In this document: one piece after another, positions 10,743 through 21,432 of the stretch
Layout: every line of letters starts with the position of its first letter
How positions within the stretch are numbered: the first letter of the stretch is position 1
Source: Leptolyngbyaceae cyanobacterium
Lineage (GTDB): Bacteria > Cyanobacteriota > Cyanobacteriia > Phormidesmidales > Phormidesmidaceae
Direction of reading: 5' to 3'
NCBI GenBank assembly: GCA_965263355.1
Contig: CBDHHL010000032.1
Location: 2,176,001-2,240,000, forward strand
Length of the DNA: 64,000 bases
Position numbers and translations under genes: made by a program
The notes under the pieces: generated by a model
What the model was told of the DNA's origin: nothing
Database searches by the model: none
The model's input: the letters and a program-made list of their open reading frames with translations, nothing else

Positions 10743-11123
10743 ATGTCCTCTGACATCAGCACCTATAACTTTCCCACCAAAATTCGCTTTGGTCCCGGTT
10801 CTCGCCATGAACTCACAGCGGAACTCTCTGCCCTAGGTATTCAGCGGCCCTTGATAGTCACCGATCGAGATGTTGTTAAGCTACCCTGGTTCTCTACCAT
10901 CGAGAATGCCATTACCAGCATTCCAGCAACTACATTTAGCGGTGTCTGGGGCAATCCCGTCGTATCCCAAGTTATGGCTGGACTAACCGCCTACCAACAA
11001 CACAATATTGATATTCCACCCTCTTTGGGGTCCATCGGCATATCAACAGCCATCGTAGGTAAGCTAGTGAGCATCGCCCGCCATCAAAGATGGCTGTCAT
11101 CCCCCTTAACCCAAGACCAGTAA
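10743..11123 (+). pseudogene. iron-containing alcohol dehydrogenase remnant (large internal deletion)
   Basis: YNFPTKIRFGPG..RPLIVTD..NP N-terminus joined directly to a C-terminal-type IPPSL..IGI segment; about 126 aa versus about 380 aa expected. Confidence 0.75.
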
Positions 11124-11542
11124 CTGAGGATAATTTCTACGCCATTTACCAAGATGCCCTTGCTGCATAACCTGCAAGTGGTGGACCGCCACCAATGGTA
11201 GGCTGTGCCTTTAAGTGATGGGCTGTGCTTACTGCTATCAGTGACGCTAGTGGGGATTGTCCGCTTAAAGGGGCTCATAAATCTGCCCCTTAGAGGAGCT
11301 AACAGATAATAAGCCTCCGGCAAAGCCGAAGGTAATTTAACTTGATTGATAGTTGCTTGCAAAATAGTTGTCTTCAAATAGCTGTCATATTGTTTACGAT
11401 GCTAGTAAGTAGGTGGTCCCAATTAACCATCAGATACCGAGGCCTCCTTCCGTCCCCCAATCTTGGGGGAGACCAGACTCAAAGTATGGAAAATTAGGGG
11501 TTTGAGAATATATGCGAAGGAACCAATTAAAGAGAGGTTAAT

Positions 11543-12130
11543 ATGGCAGTTTCGATATCTCGTGATAATTATTTGCAAGCTACTAATATTGTTAACTGGC
11601 AACATCCAACAGTTCTAAAACTGGCTAAAGAACTAGCTGTGGGCCATGGTAAGACGGATGATATTGCTAGAGCCTGTTTTCAATGGGTGCGAGATGAAGT
11701 TTGTCATAGTGTTGACTATCAACTAAATCCAGTGACCTGTCGCGCCTCAGATGTACTACATCATCGTACGGGGTATTGCTATGCTAAAAGTCATTTGCTG
11801 GCAGCGTTGCTAAGGGCAAATGGAATTCCGACAGGATTTTGTTATCAGCGTTTGAGCCTGAATGAGCAGGGGGCTCCCTACTGTTTGCATGGATTAAATG
11901 CAGTTTACTTATCTGAGTTTGGCTGGTATCGTATCGACGCTAGAGGAAACCGTGATGGCATTGATGCCCAGTTTACGCCCCCCGAGGAAAAGCTTGCCTT
12001 CACACTACAGTTTGCTGAAGAGGCTGATTTTCCTACTATTTTTCCAGCTCCGTTAGACATAGTTGTAGATGCCTTACAAAGGCATAACACTTGGGATAGC
12101 TTGCTGCAAAATCTACCCGATCTTCACTAG
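11543..12130 (+). CDS. transglutaminase-like family protein
   Basis: GYCYAKSHLLAALLRANGIP, HGLNA and WYRIDARG catalytic triad motifs. Confidence 0.85.
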   Translation: MAVSISRDNYLQATNIVNWQHPTVLKLAKELAVGHGKTDDIARACFQWVRDEVCHSVDYQLNPVTCRASDVLHHRTGYCYAKSHLLAALLRANGIPTGFCYQRLSLNEQGAPYCLHGLNAVYLSEFGWYRIDARGNRDGIDAQFTPPEEKLAFTLQFAEEADFPTIFPAPLDIVVDALQRHNTWDSLLQNLPDLH

Positions 12131-12230
12131 ATAACCAGTTAAGTAAAAACTTGCAAACCATCTGTGCGATATCTAAGGACCTACGCAAAAATAGACATTA
12201 CTATTATCAGCACATCTGGACTCTGTATTA

Positions 12231-12944
12231 ATGACTGCTACCTCGGAGCAAATTAAGGAAATTTTGGCGCTGCGCGATCGCAAAGTCGCCCCCAAGCAAA
12301 TTGCCCGTAAACTAGGTCTGCGTCCTGCCGAGGTCAAGGATATTATCCAGGCCCAGTTAAGCTCAAATCCCGAAAAAGATAGCCAGCCTGCAAAGCTTGA
12401 CAAACTTAAAGAATGCGTAATTGACGCCCAAGGATTTGATCGCTTTTTTGGTAGTCAAAATACAAAAAAAGATCGCAAAGGGTTATCCCAGATTATGATC
12501 ACCCGTACCAATGGTCTACACTATTTGGTCACCACCTTTCTGATCGATGCATGGTGTTTGGGGGTAAAAGATGCCATGGGACCTCGCAAAGTTAAAATCA
12601 CCGACTATCCATTAATGCGAGAGCAGGCCTACGCTACAACTATGGATGATAGCTACAAAACCATATCCATAGAACAAGCCCAGTCAGTGATCTATGGAGC
12701 TGTGGATTATGCTCAACGTCTAGGCATTGACCCCCATGAAGACTTTGTCCGGGCCAAAAGCAATCTCGGCCCTCGAATGGATAACCTACCCCGCCATGAA
12801 TTTGGTAAAAACGGTAAACCTTATTACTTTGCCGGTCCCTATGACAACTCCGACAAAATCCTTGCCAAATTACGAGAAAGCGTTGGCGAGGGCAACTTTT
12901 ACTACACCATTGGCATGGATTTAGGCATGGGTACTGTGCTCTAA
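12231..12944 (+). CDS. hypothetical protein with N-terminal HTH
   Basis: PKQIARKLGLRPAEV HTH; LIDAWCLGVKDA and GKPYYFAGPYD conserved cyanobacterial motifs. Confidence 0.6.
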   Translation: MTATSEQIKEILALRDRKVAPKQIARKLGLRPAEVKDIIQAQLSSNPEKDSQPAKLDKLKECVIDAQGFDRFFGSQNTKKDRKGLSQIMITRTNGLHYLVTTFLIDAWCLGVKDAMGPRKVKITDYPLMREQAYATTMDDSYKTISIEQAQSVIYGAVDYAQRLGIDPHEDFVRAKSNLGPRMDNLPRHEFGKNGKPYYFAGPYDNSDKILAKLRESVGEGNFYYTIGMDLGMGTVL

Positions 12945-12951
12945 AAATTAA

Positions 12952-13056
12952 CTAGTGCAGCGTCAAAGTTAAAAATTCGAGGTCAAAACTTTAGTGGCGA
13001 CTGCTATATATGCTTGCTGCTGCCATTACCTGAATAACTTTGAATCAGGGCATTAG
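12952..13056. mobile_element. MITE-like element, copy 1
   Basis: Starts CTAGTGCAGCGTCAAAGTTAAAAATTCG and ends ACTTTGAATCAGGGCATTAG; 5' end closely resembles the element at 34872. Confidence 0.5.
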
Positions 13057-13122
13057 CGTTAGAAGTTCTTATTTGCGGCTACTTAAACAAATTATGCACG
13101 ATTAGGACCAGGATAGTAAGGT

Positions 13123-13338
13123 GCTAAAAAGTGTGGTTTTTCCCAGTTATTTATAGAAACTCCTTTAAGCTTTACTTGTTAATCCCTTGTTGCTCAAAGC
13201 TTACACGAAGCTTCTTAGTTTGCCTCAAAACGTCAAAAGAATCGCACTTTTTGCCACCGACATTAGTGCATTAATTAGCCATTATTGATTTATTGCAGAG
13301 ATTCCTCAATATCAATTTATTGAAGACTTTCTCAGTAC
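13123..13338 (+). promoter_or_regulatory. conserved upstream module, copy 1
   Basis: GCTAAAAAGTG...CACTTTTT..CACCGACATTA..tandem ATTG/TCAAT-type palindromes; the same layout recurs at 22580-22795. Confidence 0.6.
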
Positions 13339-13413
13339 TTATAGTTTTACTTCGTCTAGCCAGTTCTCATAACTGAATAATATTTCTGGCTTTCCGACTA
13401 AGGATTTAAACTC

Positions 13414-14925
13414 ATGGAAAAATTATGTATAGAGACAGTCGCTGAGCTGCGAGCATTAGCACCCGGCGCAGCTAAATATTTAAAGTTATTGGGCTACCAC
13501 ACGCCCGGAGATGGCGGTGGCGGAGACTTTTACTGGGATGCCGCTGCCAATGAACCAGACAACAGCGGCACAATTATCTCACCAACCTGTAGTTCCACAG
13601 GTCGATGGAAGCGACTAACCAATGCTCCTGTCTCAGTTAAATGGTTTGGTGCCAGAGGTAATGGGACTGCTAATCCTAGCGATACTGCGGCCATCCAAAA
13701 TGCCATTGACCAGATGACCGACGGTATTTTGTTTTTCCCTTCTGGGAGCTACGTTATTGATCAAACCATCGAGGTAACTGACAAGTCCATCATCCTTGCT
13801 GGGGAAGGTATGAGTAGCACTGAGCTAATGTGGCTCGGGTCTCCCCAAGATGATGCGGTACGATTGCGACGAACGAAAGCAGCCGCCACATCTGGTAGCT
13901 ATACGACTGGTGCTGGCATCCGAGACTTACGAGTTTGTACCCATTACAGTCTTAACTGTACGGGGGCTGGAATTCACCTCGATAACGTATTAATGGCGAC
14001 CCTTGAACGGGTGTGGGTACGCTCTTTTACTGGCAAAGGCGCTTCAATCGAAACGTCAGGATGTGGCTTACGGATTGGCTCGTCATGGGGAACGGACAAT
14101 TTTCCGATCTCGGCGTCTCAAGATCTATACCTGGCCCATGTTCATCTTCAAGGCAATCAGGTCGGCCTGATTGTCGATGGGGCCAATCAGGTAACCGCCG
14201 TTAATTTGATGGTGAACCAGAATTTGCATACCCAGGCGTTGTTTAGGCTTGCGAGTGTTTTTCAGTGGTGTGGCGGTCTGATTCAGGGGGGTGCCTCGAC
14301 CTATGGATTGCACCTAGCACCGACGGAGAACATTGTTCTCCAGGACGAAAATAAAACAGAAATCCCAAGGAGCGTTCAAATGCTTTCGCTCGAAGGGGTT
14401 TGGTTTGAGTTCAGCGGTCCGCTTGAAGCAGTTATAAAGGCTTCACGTCCGCCCGGTAATCATAGTGGATGTGCCAATCTAAGTTTCTCAAACTGTCGAT
14501 TTACAGCGGCTTCGCCCAGCACTTTCTTTGATTTGTGTCTTTGCAAACGAGTCCATATTTATAACAATCGCGTACTCTACGATCGCACAAGTCAAACTCT
14601 ACTTAAATTCAGTAGGGTCCATGGTGCTTACGTTGGGTTTGGCGAGTACACAGGCGATGCCGATCCGATTATGTACCCCCATGTATTTGATATTGACGAG
14701 TATTCAGAAGTGATTTGGGTTGGAGCGCGTCGTAATAATGCAGCCATTGGCATTCATACGAATACTCCGCCTGTAGATGGCGAAAGCCTGAGGGTTGGCG
14801 GTCCGATTCAGTTGGCTTCCTATACGACAAAAGCACTTCCTGCTGGCGCTGTAGGTCAGACGGTTTTCGACACTACCCAAAAGGGGCTCAAGTACCACAA
14901 CGGGTCGGATTGGCTTCCTACCTAG
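13414..14925 (+). CDS. pectate-lyase-like right-handed beta-helix protein with tailspike-like N-terminal domain
   Basis: LGYHTPGDGGGGDFYWD..GRWKR head domain; VKWFGARGNG..DTAAIQNAID..FFPSGSY beta-helix cap. Confidence 0.75.
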   Translation: MEKLCIETVAELRALAPGAAKYLKLLGYHTPGDGGGGDFYWDAAANEPDNSGTIISPTCSSTGRWKRLTNAPVSVKWFGARGNGTANPSDTAAIQNAIDQMTDGILFFPSGSYVIDQTIEVTDKSIILAGEGMSSTELMWLGSPQDDAVRLRRTKAAATSGSYTTGAGIRDLRVCTHYSLNCTGAGIHLDNVLMATLERVWVRSFTGKGASIETSGCGLRIGSSWGTDNFPISASQDLYLAHVHLQGNQVGLIVDGANQVTAVNLMVNQNLHTQALFRLASVFQWCGGLIQGGASTYGLHLAPTENIVLQDENKTEIPRSVQMLSLEGVWFEFSGPLEAVIKASRPPGNHSGCANLSFSNCRFTAASPSTFFDLCLCKRVHIYNNRVLYDRTSQTLLKFSRVHGAYVGFGEYTGDADPIMYPHVFDIDEYSEVIWVGARRNNAAIGIHTNTPPVDGESLRVGGPIQLASYTTKALPAGAVGQTVFDTTQKGLKYHNGSDWLPT

Positions 14926-15094
14926 CCGAAAACAATTTCGAGTGGCAGTTGAAACCACAGCTCTTTGCGCCATACGTTCACCCAGTCGCGATTTCAATCG
15001 CTACAACTGGAGAACGAAATAACAATGATTTCAGGACTTTTATGAGTCCAGCAATCACAAAACTAACATCAAAACCTCAGGAGTAATACCCATT

Positions 15095-15766
15095 ATGAAT
15101 TGGACAATAAATTCTAAAAAAGAGCTGTCTTTAAACTCTCAAAAACATCTGAGAAAAATTAGCAAGATGTTCAAATTACAAAAGATTCTCAAAGTTTTCT
15201 TTTCGTTAATTCTTTTGGTGATGATTACTTTTTTCCCATCACCAGGAATGGTTGCGGAGGCGGCTGTCCCTCGATGGGCCTATAGCCGTGTCAATATCTC
15301 ATCATGCTATTTTCAACAGGCTGAGAAAATGGCTGAAAACGCCCTTAAAAAATCAAGTCTTAGAGGAGTAACGAAAAGTGGGAACGGTAATATTCAAGGT
15401 AATACGAGTGATGTGATGGTACTCGTATTTATTGAAAATACGAATTATGGAAGGAAAGCGATTGTTGTAGCCACTGGAAGTGGGGCTGACGGGTATCGAA
15501 ATAGCGTCAAAAAAGAGTTAGAGAGTCAATCACATCTGAGTAAAGCATTGGAATGCGGAATTGATAGACCTGGTGGAGACTATAAAAGCTTTGCTATTGA
15601 TGATGATCCACTGGACTGCATGAGAGCATGCTCTGGAGACTCTCCCTGTAAAGCCTTTACCTACGTTAAACCGGGCTATCAAGGCAGCAAAGCAAGGTGT
15701 TGGCTCAAAAATACCTTGCCTCCATCACGATTAAATTCGGCTACGATTTCAGGCCAATTTAGCTAA
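15095..15766 (+). CDS. secreted protein with C-terminal PAN/Apple domain
   Basis: Hydrophobic signal ending AEA; DRPGGDY..C...C..D..CKAFTY..CWLK PAN motif. Confidence 0.75.
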   Translation: MNWTINSKKELSLNSQKHLRKISKMFKLQKILKVFFSLILLVMITFFPSPGMVAEAAVPRWAYSRVNISSCYFQQAEKMAENALKKSSLRGVTKSGNGNIQGNTSDVMVLVFIENTNYGRKAIVVATGSGADGYRNSVKKELESQSHLSKALECGIDRPGGDYKSFAIDDDPLDCMRACSGDSPCKAFTYVKPGYQGSKARCWLKNTLPPSRLNSATISGQFS

Positions 15767-15811
15767 TTAATCTATTTGCAAACTAACACATCTTAACGTT
15801 GAGGGAATCCC

Positions 15812-16201
15812 ATGAAAAAGCTAATTCTAGTTCTACTTTTAGCCATCTCCATATTTATGGCATCACCACCACCGGCATTTGCATCTGTCCCCCGCTGGTC
15901 ATACCAACGTGGCAACATCAATGCTCTTAATTCCTGTAGATTGTCAGATGCTGAAGGGTTGGCACAAGACGCTTTGAAAAGTCTAGGCTTTAGAAATGTT
16001 CAAAGCAGTGGGCCGGGCAATATTATCGGCAATACTGACAACGTAATGGCTCTAGTATTCATCACAGATAAGACTCCAGGAAAGCGAGGAGTTGTCTTAG
16101 TGACAACAGGTAATGGTGCCGATGAATATAGACGGCAAACCTGGTCAAAGTTAGGGTCTAAAATCCTTTTCGATTGTGGCATAAATGGCAACCCTGTTTA
16201 A
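15812..16201 (+). CDS. secreted protein, paralog of the N-terminal domain of 15095-15766
   Basis: Signal peptide ending AFA; shared VPRW.Y.R.NI..C....AE..A..ALK and GNI.GNT..VM.LVFI motifs. Confidence 0.7.
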   Translation: MKKLILVLLLAISIFMASPPPAFASVPRWSYQRGNINALNSCRLSDAEGLAQDALKSLGFRNVQSSGPGNIIGNTDNVMALVFITDKTPGKRGVVLVTTGNGADEYRRQTWSKLGSKILFDCGINGNPV

Positions 16202-16354
16202 GGAGTAATAAGCCAATGCCTTTGATAGTTCTCATGCGTGCATTTATCAATGCTAACTGGGCTCTGCTTTAATGCGGACCAATATAAACGGTTTTGTGGG
16301 GCAATGTGCCCACAAAACCTGCCTAAAGTTACTTTATTTATCAGGAGCTTAACG

Positions 16355-18373
16355 ATGGAAACACTGTCAGTAAAATCTATCCAACAAACCTATCTCAACA
16401 CGATCGCCGATTTGCGAGCACTCCCTGTCGGCCCAGAATCATGTCCCGTAATCCTCGGTTATCATATGCCAGATGATGGTGGAGGAGGGCAATTCTATTG
16501 GGATACTACATCCACTGCTGAAGAAAATGGTGGCACCGTGATTAGGCCCAATACAGTGCCAGCTTCAGAGGCTGGGCGGTGGAGGCGCTTAGGAGAGCCA
16601 CATTTATCGGTAAAGGCGCTGGGGGCGATCGGTGATGGAAAGTCTCATCCTTTAGAGAACTTCTACTCGACGCTGTGCGACGCCAAAGCGGTTTATCCCC
16701 ATATCGAGACACACAAAACCAGCCTCGATACCGATGACGATTGGTGGAAATCACTCGAACTCGACTGGGTGGCTATTCAAGGCGCGATCGATATTTTTGC
16801 CCACGAGCCGCTCAAGTATTCTGCTATCTCAGTTCCGCCAGGTCACTACAAGCTTGAACGACCGTTGATTATTGGTAGATACAATCGCCATAGTCCACGC
16901 TGCCATTTAATTGGTGTTCCTAATGCTTATCCAACCACCCATATACCATCGGTTTCCGGCACCATTATTGAACTCAGTTCCTTTACCCTACCAACACTGA
17001 TCATTCAAGGAACCCGTGTTGTTTCGGCGACGGGAATTGTTTTTCTCAATGGCAATACGGCTCCTTCCACAAAGCGTCCAACGCTCGGAGATGAATGGAA
17101 TTCAGCCTTCTTTAACACCGATCCTAATAGCTGGCTCTCAGAATACGAGGAAGATGGACAGAAAAAATTAGTACGGGATAATCCCTATTCACCCCAGGCC
17201 GTCATCGCAATTGATCCCTTCGCGAATCAGCTGCCTAAAAACAACCCTGCCAATGCTTACCCAGGCTATGAAGACTACTACGGTGGTGCTACTTGGCCGA
17301 ATCCTGGGTATTCTTCAGCCATTACATTTCGCCAATGTGGGTTTCAGGGAGGTGTTGTCGGTGTGGCTGTTGCCCCATGTCCAGGGGTGGCCAATAACGA
17401 GAATTACGTCTTCGAGCATTGCTTTTGGGTGCACAACAAAACTCACCTTGCCATTGGTCACTCCCAGGCCCGTGCCATTAAGCTGGACAGCCCTCGAATG
17501 TATGGTTGCCATATTGCGATTGACTCACAGCAATATGGTATTGGTGATGCTCTCCCTGGTCAGCATCCCATCATTACTGGTGCGCCCAACATTGGTGGTT
17601 GCCAATATTTCTTAAACGTCAATACTGTGTCACAGGTGCTTAATATTGAAAATGCCCACTTTGAAAGTATGCTATCCCTCGGATGGATTGGGCATGGCCT
17701 CTCAGGTAGTAACAGTGGCGCATTGTTTACAGGGTGTAACTTTAACTTTCTAGAGACTAGAACGCCCCCTTATGTGGCGATTCCGTTTCACCTGCGCACC
17801 TTTGGCCAAGTCGAGTTTCACCGATGCGTTTTTTCATACAACGGCACGCAGCAACTGATCCGAGTATGGAACCATGAGGGACGCTGCTTCCTAAACAAAT
17901 GCGTCCTCAAGAACGGAGAGCGCAACGGCAACGTCATGATGGCTTTCCATGCCTATGATGACCGTCTTCAGATCGAGCATGTACAGACTTACAACAGTAG
18001 TAGTGGTCCAGTCTATGAGGCTGCTCCCAAACCTGGCATTACCTTTGTTCCGATCAACAAGAACGCCTATGTTCAAGTGGTGCAAAATGGGACGCCAGAT
18101 AAAGGAACGATTACTGTCACCGACACGACAGGCCTCCAAATCGGAGATGTGCTTGCGCTGACTGCAAGCCCAACCCAGATTCAGCCTGAGCACTATCCGA
18201 TTTGGCCTGCCCCTGATGATTTTGAAAATGCCTATCCCTACGCGTTTGATCAGCCGATTGGTGTCATCACAAAAATCACCCCCAACGCTGAAATAGAACT
18301 CGATAATCTCCCCCAGGACTTCCCTTTCAACCAGAATCTTCGTCTCCAAGCAATCCGTTGGGATATCGCCTAA
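16355..18373 (+). CDS. beta-helix / tailspike-like protein
   Basis: ATG after AGGAG; LGYHMPDDGGGGQFYWD..GRWRR head domain as in 13414; GAIGDGKSHPL..DWVAIQGAID cap. Confidence 0.7.
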   Translation: METLSVKSIQQTYLNTIADLRALPVGPESCPVILGYHMPDDGGGGQFYWDTTSTAEENGGTVIRPNTVPASEAGRWRRLGEPHLSVKALGAIGDGKSHPLENFYSTLCDAKAVYPHIETHKTSLDTDDDWWKSLELDWVAIQGAIDIFAHEPLKYSAISVPPGHYKLERPLIIGRYNRHSPRCHLIGVPNAYPTTHIPSVSGTIIELSSFTLPTLIIQGTRVVSATGIVFLNGNTAPSTKRPTLGDEWNSAFFNTDPNSWLSEYEEDGQKKLVRDNPYSPQAVIAIDPFANQLPKNNPANAYPGYEDYYGGATWPNPGYSSAITFRQCGFQGGVVGVAVAPCPGVANNENYVFEHCFWVHNKTHLAIGHSQARAIKLDSPRMYGCHIAIDSQQYGIGDALPGQHPIITGAPNIGGCQYFLNVNTVSQVLNIENAHFESMLSLGWIGHGLSGSNSGALFTGCNFNFLETRTPPYVAIPFHLRTFGQVEFHRCVFSYNGTQQLIRVWNHEGRCFLNKCVLKNGERNGNVMMAFHAYDDRLQIEHVQTYNSSSGPVYEAAPKPGITFVPINKNAYVQVVQNGTPDKGTITVTDTTGLQIGDVLALTASPTQIQPEHYPIWPAPDDFENAYPYAFDQPIGVITKITPNAEIELDNLPQDFPFNQNLRLQAIRWDIA

Positions 18374-18424
18374 CTGAATTGAACAGCCTTCCACATTTGA
18401 TTAATACACTAGAGGACTTGAATT

Positions 18425-18928
18425 ATGCCAGACGTTAAAAATGTGCAGTTGATTATCAATCCAGATGATAATAATAGCTCGCGTTGGATTGTAAACGTAA
18501 AAGGAATGGTTGATTTTGACCAAAGTGAAATAGGAGATTATGAACTTCAAATTTATCTCTATGCAGCTGATGCAGCAGAATTGCCTTTTCCTGTTGGGAA
18601 TCTCTTTCCTGACACCTCAAATCTTCCGATATATATGTTTCGATTTACGGGTACCAGTGGCTTATCTCTCGCAGGCAAACCTCCGGGTCGAATTATCCAG
18701 GCCACACCTGGAAAAACTTTAGAAATTGATGCGTCAGAGTTTGTTAGCAACGCAACTCTTGATGAAGATCCAGGTAAGGAGCAAGTAACTATCCCTAGCC
18801 CATTTGGACCAGTTAAGACAACTATAGAAAGACAAGATGAAATTCTTGCAGAGATTAGGGTTAGCTCAATCCCAGCGAAAGGTCTATCAAACATTGCCAA
18901 AATCAACGGAACAATATTCCGTTCGTGA
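18425..18928 (+). CDS. hypothetical protein
   Basis: ORF with GAGGA RBS inside a co-oriented cluster; LDEDPG..DEI.AEI motif. Confidence 0.55.
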   Translation: MPDVKNVQLIINPDDNNSSRWIVNVKGMVDFDQSEIGDYELQIYLYAADAAELPFPVGNLFPDTSNLPIYMFRFTGTSGLSLAGKPPGRIIQATPGKTLEIDASEFVSNATLDEDPGKEQVTIPSPFGPVKTTIERQDEILAEIRVSSIPAKGLSNIAKINGTIFRS

Positions 18929-19037
18929 GCAAGGGATTGCGTAGGGTGCCGCTAACGACAATGAAAACCTCATATGGCGGGTAAGCGGCACCGTTATGCA
19001 ATTAAAGCAGCATAGATCAGCGGACAGGAGTAATTCT

Positions 19038-20951
19038 ATGAAGTTCAACAACAAAATTAATTACACATTGTATCGCGATTTTCCAATAGGCCCGGTCGGC
19101 GGTGGTCCCGGATACCAAGCGGTCATTCAACCTGAGCCAACATTTACACAAGTCAATACTGTTACCGAATTGAGACAAGCCTTAACCAACTCTTCCATTC
19201 AAAAGATTTTCATACCTGGCCACCTGTCTTTTGAACTCAAAACGCCCATCGAAATCGTTACCGACGGTTTACTGCTAGCTAGCGATCGCAATCATTTCGC
19301 GAAAGACGGCAGTATTTTACCGGGGGCGCAGATCAAATTGGCTCATACTGGGACTGACGTGTCAAAATTCTTGATTGTTGTCAACGCCCAGAACGTTCGC
19401 ATCACTGGTTTATGCCTCATTGGAGATGGACCCACCGCGAAGGGAACTGGCGTGCATATTCGTCCAAAAGAGGGCGTAGACGTGCTGGAAATGGAAGTAG
19501 ACAATTGCGAGCTTTCCCACTTTGGTTATGCGGCCATTCGCATAGACGGCGTTCCCGATGATGCCACCATTGGAGCCAGTGCCCGAGTGCATCATAATTC
19601 CATTCATAACAACAGTCGCCCTGGACTGGGATACGGCATTGTCATCAATTACAAAAACGCCGCCGCCCAAATCGTCTATAACTATTTTGACCAGAACCGC
19701 CACTCTGTAGCTGGTAACGGACATGAAAACGAAACCTATACTGCGGCCTACAATCTGTCATGGGAAAACTCCGAGGACGGTGTGGAATACGATATGCATG
19801 GGTATTCAGACTTTAACAAAAACGATTGTCAAAAGCTGAAAGAATGCGATCCGTACACCCCTTGCAATATTGCTGGCACTACAGTAGTTCTCCTCAACAA
19901 CGCCTTGGTTCGTTCTACCTATTTCTTCCAACCAAGGGGCATTCCCACAGACGGGGCCTATGTCACCGACAACTTCTACAATGCTATTAATCGCTACAAA
20001 TTATGGCGGGGTGTAACACTGACAGAGTGCGAGTGCCCACGGCCCATCTACAAAAACGGCATAAATTTGGAAAACAGCATAATCCTGCCAGAAGAACAGT
20101 GGCCCCAATTTAACATGCATGTTTGGGATAATAATGTCAATCCGCGAGGACGCTATATCTGGTATATTTCCTGGTCAGGCGCAAATAAATGGCAGCCGTT
20201 GTTTTTCAATGCCTATGAAGATAGCAAACTTGCCTTTGGCGATTTCAATGGTAATGGCAAAACAGATATCTTTTATGGCAATGGTGAGAGTTGGCAAGTT
20301 TCTTGGAATGGCGTAACGCCCTGGGAAAAGCTTAATACATCCAGTTATCAAGTGGACAAACTCACGTTTGGTGATTTTAACGGTAACGGTAAAACGGATA
20401 TCTTTTTGGCCGATGGGTCGGAATGGCGAGTGTCCTGGAGTGGAACATCCAAGTGGGAACGGCTCAATACCTCCGGCTACACGACCGACCAATTGGCGTT
20501 TGGTGATTTTAACGGAGACGGCAAAACGGATGTCTTTTTGGCCGATGGGTTGGAGTGGAAGGTGTCCTGGGGTGGGACATCCAAGTGGGAACGGCTCAAT
20601 ACCTCTGGCTACACGACCGACCAATTGGCGTTTGGTGATTTTAATGGCGATGGTAAAACGGATGTCTTTCTAGCCGATGGTTCAGAATGGCGAGTGTCCT
20701 GGGGTGGAACATCCAAGTGGGAACAACTCAATACATCCGGCTACACGACCGACCAATTGGCGTTTGGTGATTTTAATGGCAATGGCAAAACAGATATCTT
20801 TCTGGCCGATGGGTCGGAATGGCGAGTGTCTTGGGGCGGAACATCCAAATGGGAACAACTCAATACCTCCAACTACAGGACCAATCAATTGATGTTTGGC
20901 GACTTTAACGGTAATGGAAAAACAGATATTATTCGGGCGAAGGCTTTTTAA
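19038..20951 (+). CDS. right-handed beta-helix protein with C-terminal FG-GAP/VCBS repeats
   Basis: ATG after AGGAG; HHNSIHNN..GYG..NYF..NRHS beta-helix; six GDFNG(N/D)GKTD motifs at 46-aa spacing. Confidence 0.8.
   Translation: MKFNNKINYTLYRDFPIGPVGGGPGYQAVIQPEPTFTQVNTVTELRQALTNSSIQKIFIPGHLSFELKTPIEIVTDGLLLASDRNHFAKDGSILPGAQIKLAHTGTDVSKFLIVVNAQNVRITGLCLIGDGPTAKGTGVHIRPKEGVDVLEMEVDNCELSHFGYAAIRIDGVPDDATIGASARVHHNSIHNNSRPGLGYGIVINYKNAAAQIVYNYFDQNRHSVAGNGHENETYTAAYNLSWENSEDGVEYDMHGYSDFNKNDCQKLKECDPYTPCNIAGTTVVLLNNALVRSTYFFQPRGIPTDGAYVTDNFYNAINRYKLWRGVTLTECECPRPIYKNGINLENSIILPEEQWPQFNMHVWDNNVNPRGRYIWYISWSGANKWQPLFFNAYEDSKLAFGDFNGNGKTDIFYGNGESWQVSWNGVTPWEKLNTSSYQVDKLTFGDFNGNGKTDIFLADGSEWRVSWSGTSKWERLNTSGYTTDQLAFGDFNGDGKTDVFLADGLEWKVSWGGTSKWERLNTSGYTTDQLAFGDFNGDGKTDVFLADGSEWRVSWGGTSKWEQLNTSGYTTDQLAFGDFNGNGKTDIFLADGSEWRVSWGGTSKWEQLNTSNYRTNQLMFGDFNGNGKTDIIRAKAF
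20230..20932 (+). repeat. 138-bp intragenic tandem repeats (FG-GAP)
   Basis: Recurring GGCTACACGACCGACCAATTGGCGTTTGGTGATTTTAA and related units. Confidence 0.85.
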
Positions 20952-21432
20952 TGCTGAATAAGGGCTTGAAAATCTTTCCCACGCATTCCCTTTCAGCATG
21001 AATCTTATCTCCAGGCAATCCGTGGAATATCGATAAAAAGTAGGTTTTGTCTGCCTAATCATCTAGGAAAATGACATAAATGCCATGTTTGCCCCAGATT
21101 GTGCCCTGAGAAGTGCATAATCTGGGGCTGTCTATCGAGCCTGCAGCAGTTAAAAGTTATGAGATCGCACCACCTATTTGAAAATCAGCTCAAAGTGTTT
21201 GCAATGGTACATGTGAAAAAGTGCTGTAAGGGGATATCATGTCACTTTCTGTATCGCGACTCGTTTTATAAATTAGCTATAAATCATGGAAACGCTGAAT
21301 TTCTGCAGATATTTCTAGGATTTGAGAAAGTCTCAACTTTTAACACACTTTTTAGCACTGACGTATTTGTCTGCATTAGGCACATTGGAACCACGGAACA
21401 AATCCACAATTGTTGTTAGTTGAGATAGAAAA

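Noticed and set aside
13414..20951. Prophage tail region
   Set aside because: No capsid, terminase, portal, baseplate or lysis genes seen in the window.
21099..21419. 106-aa ORF in the intergenic gap
   Set aside because: TTG start, no RBS or motif; probably spurious.
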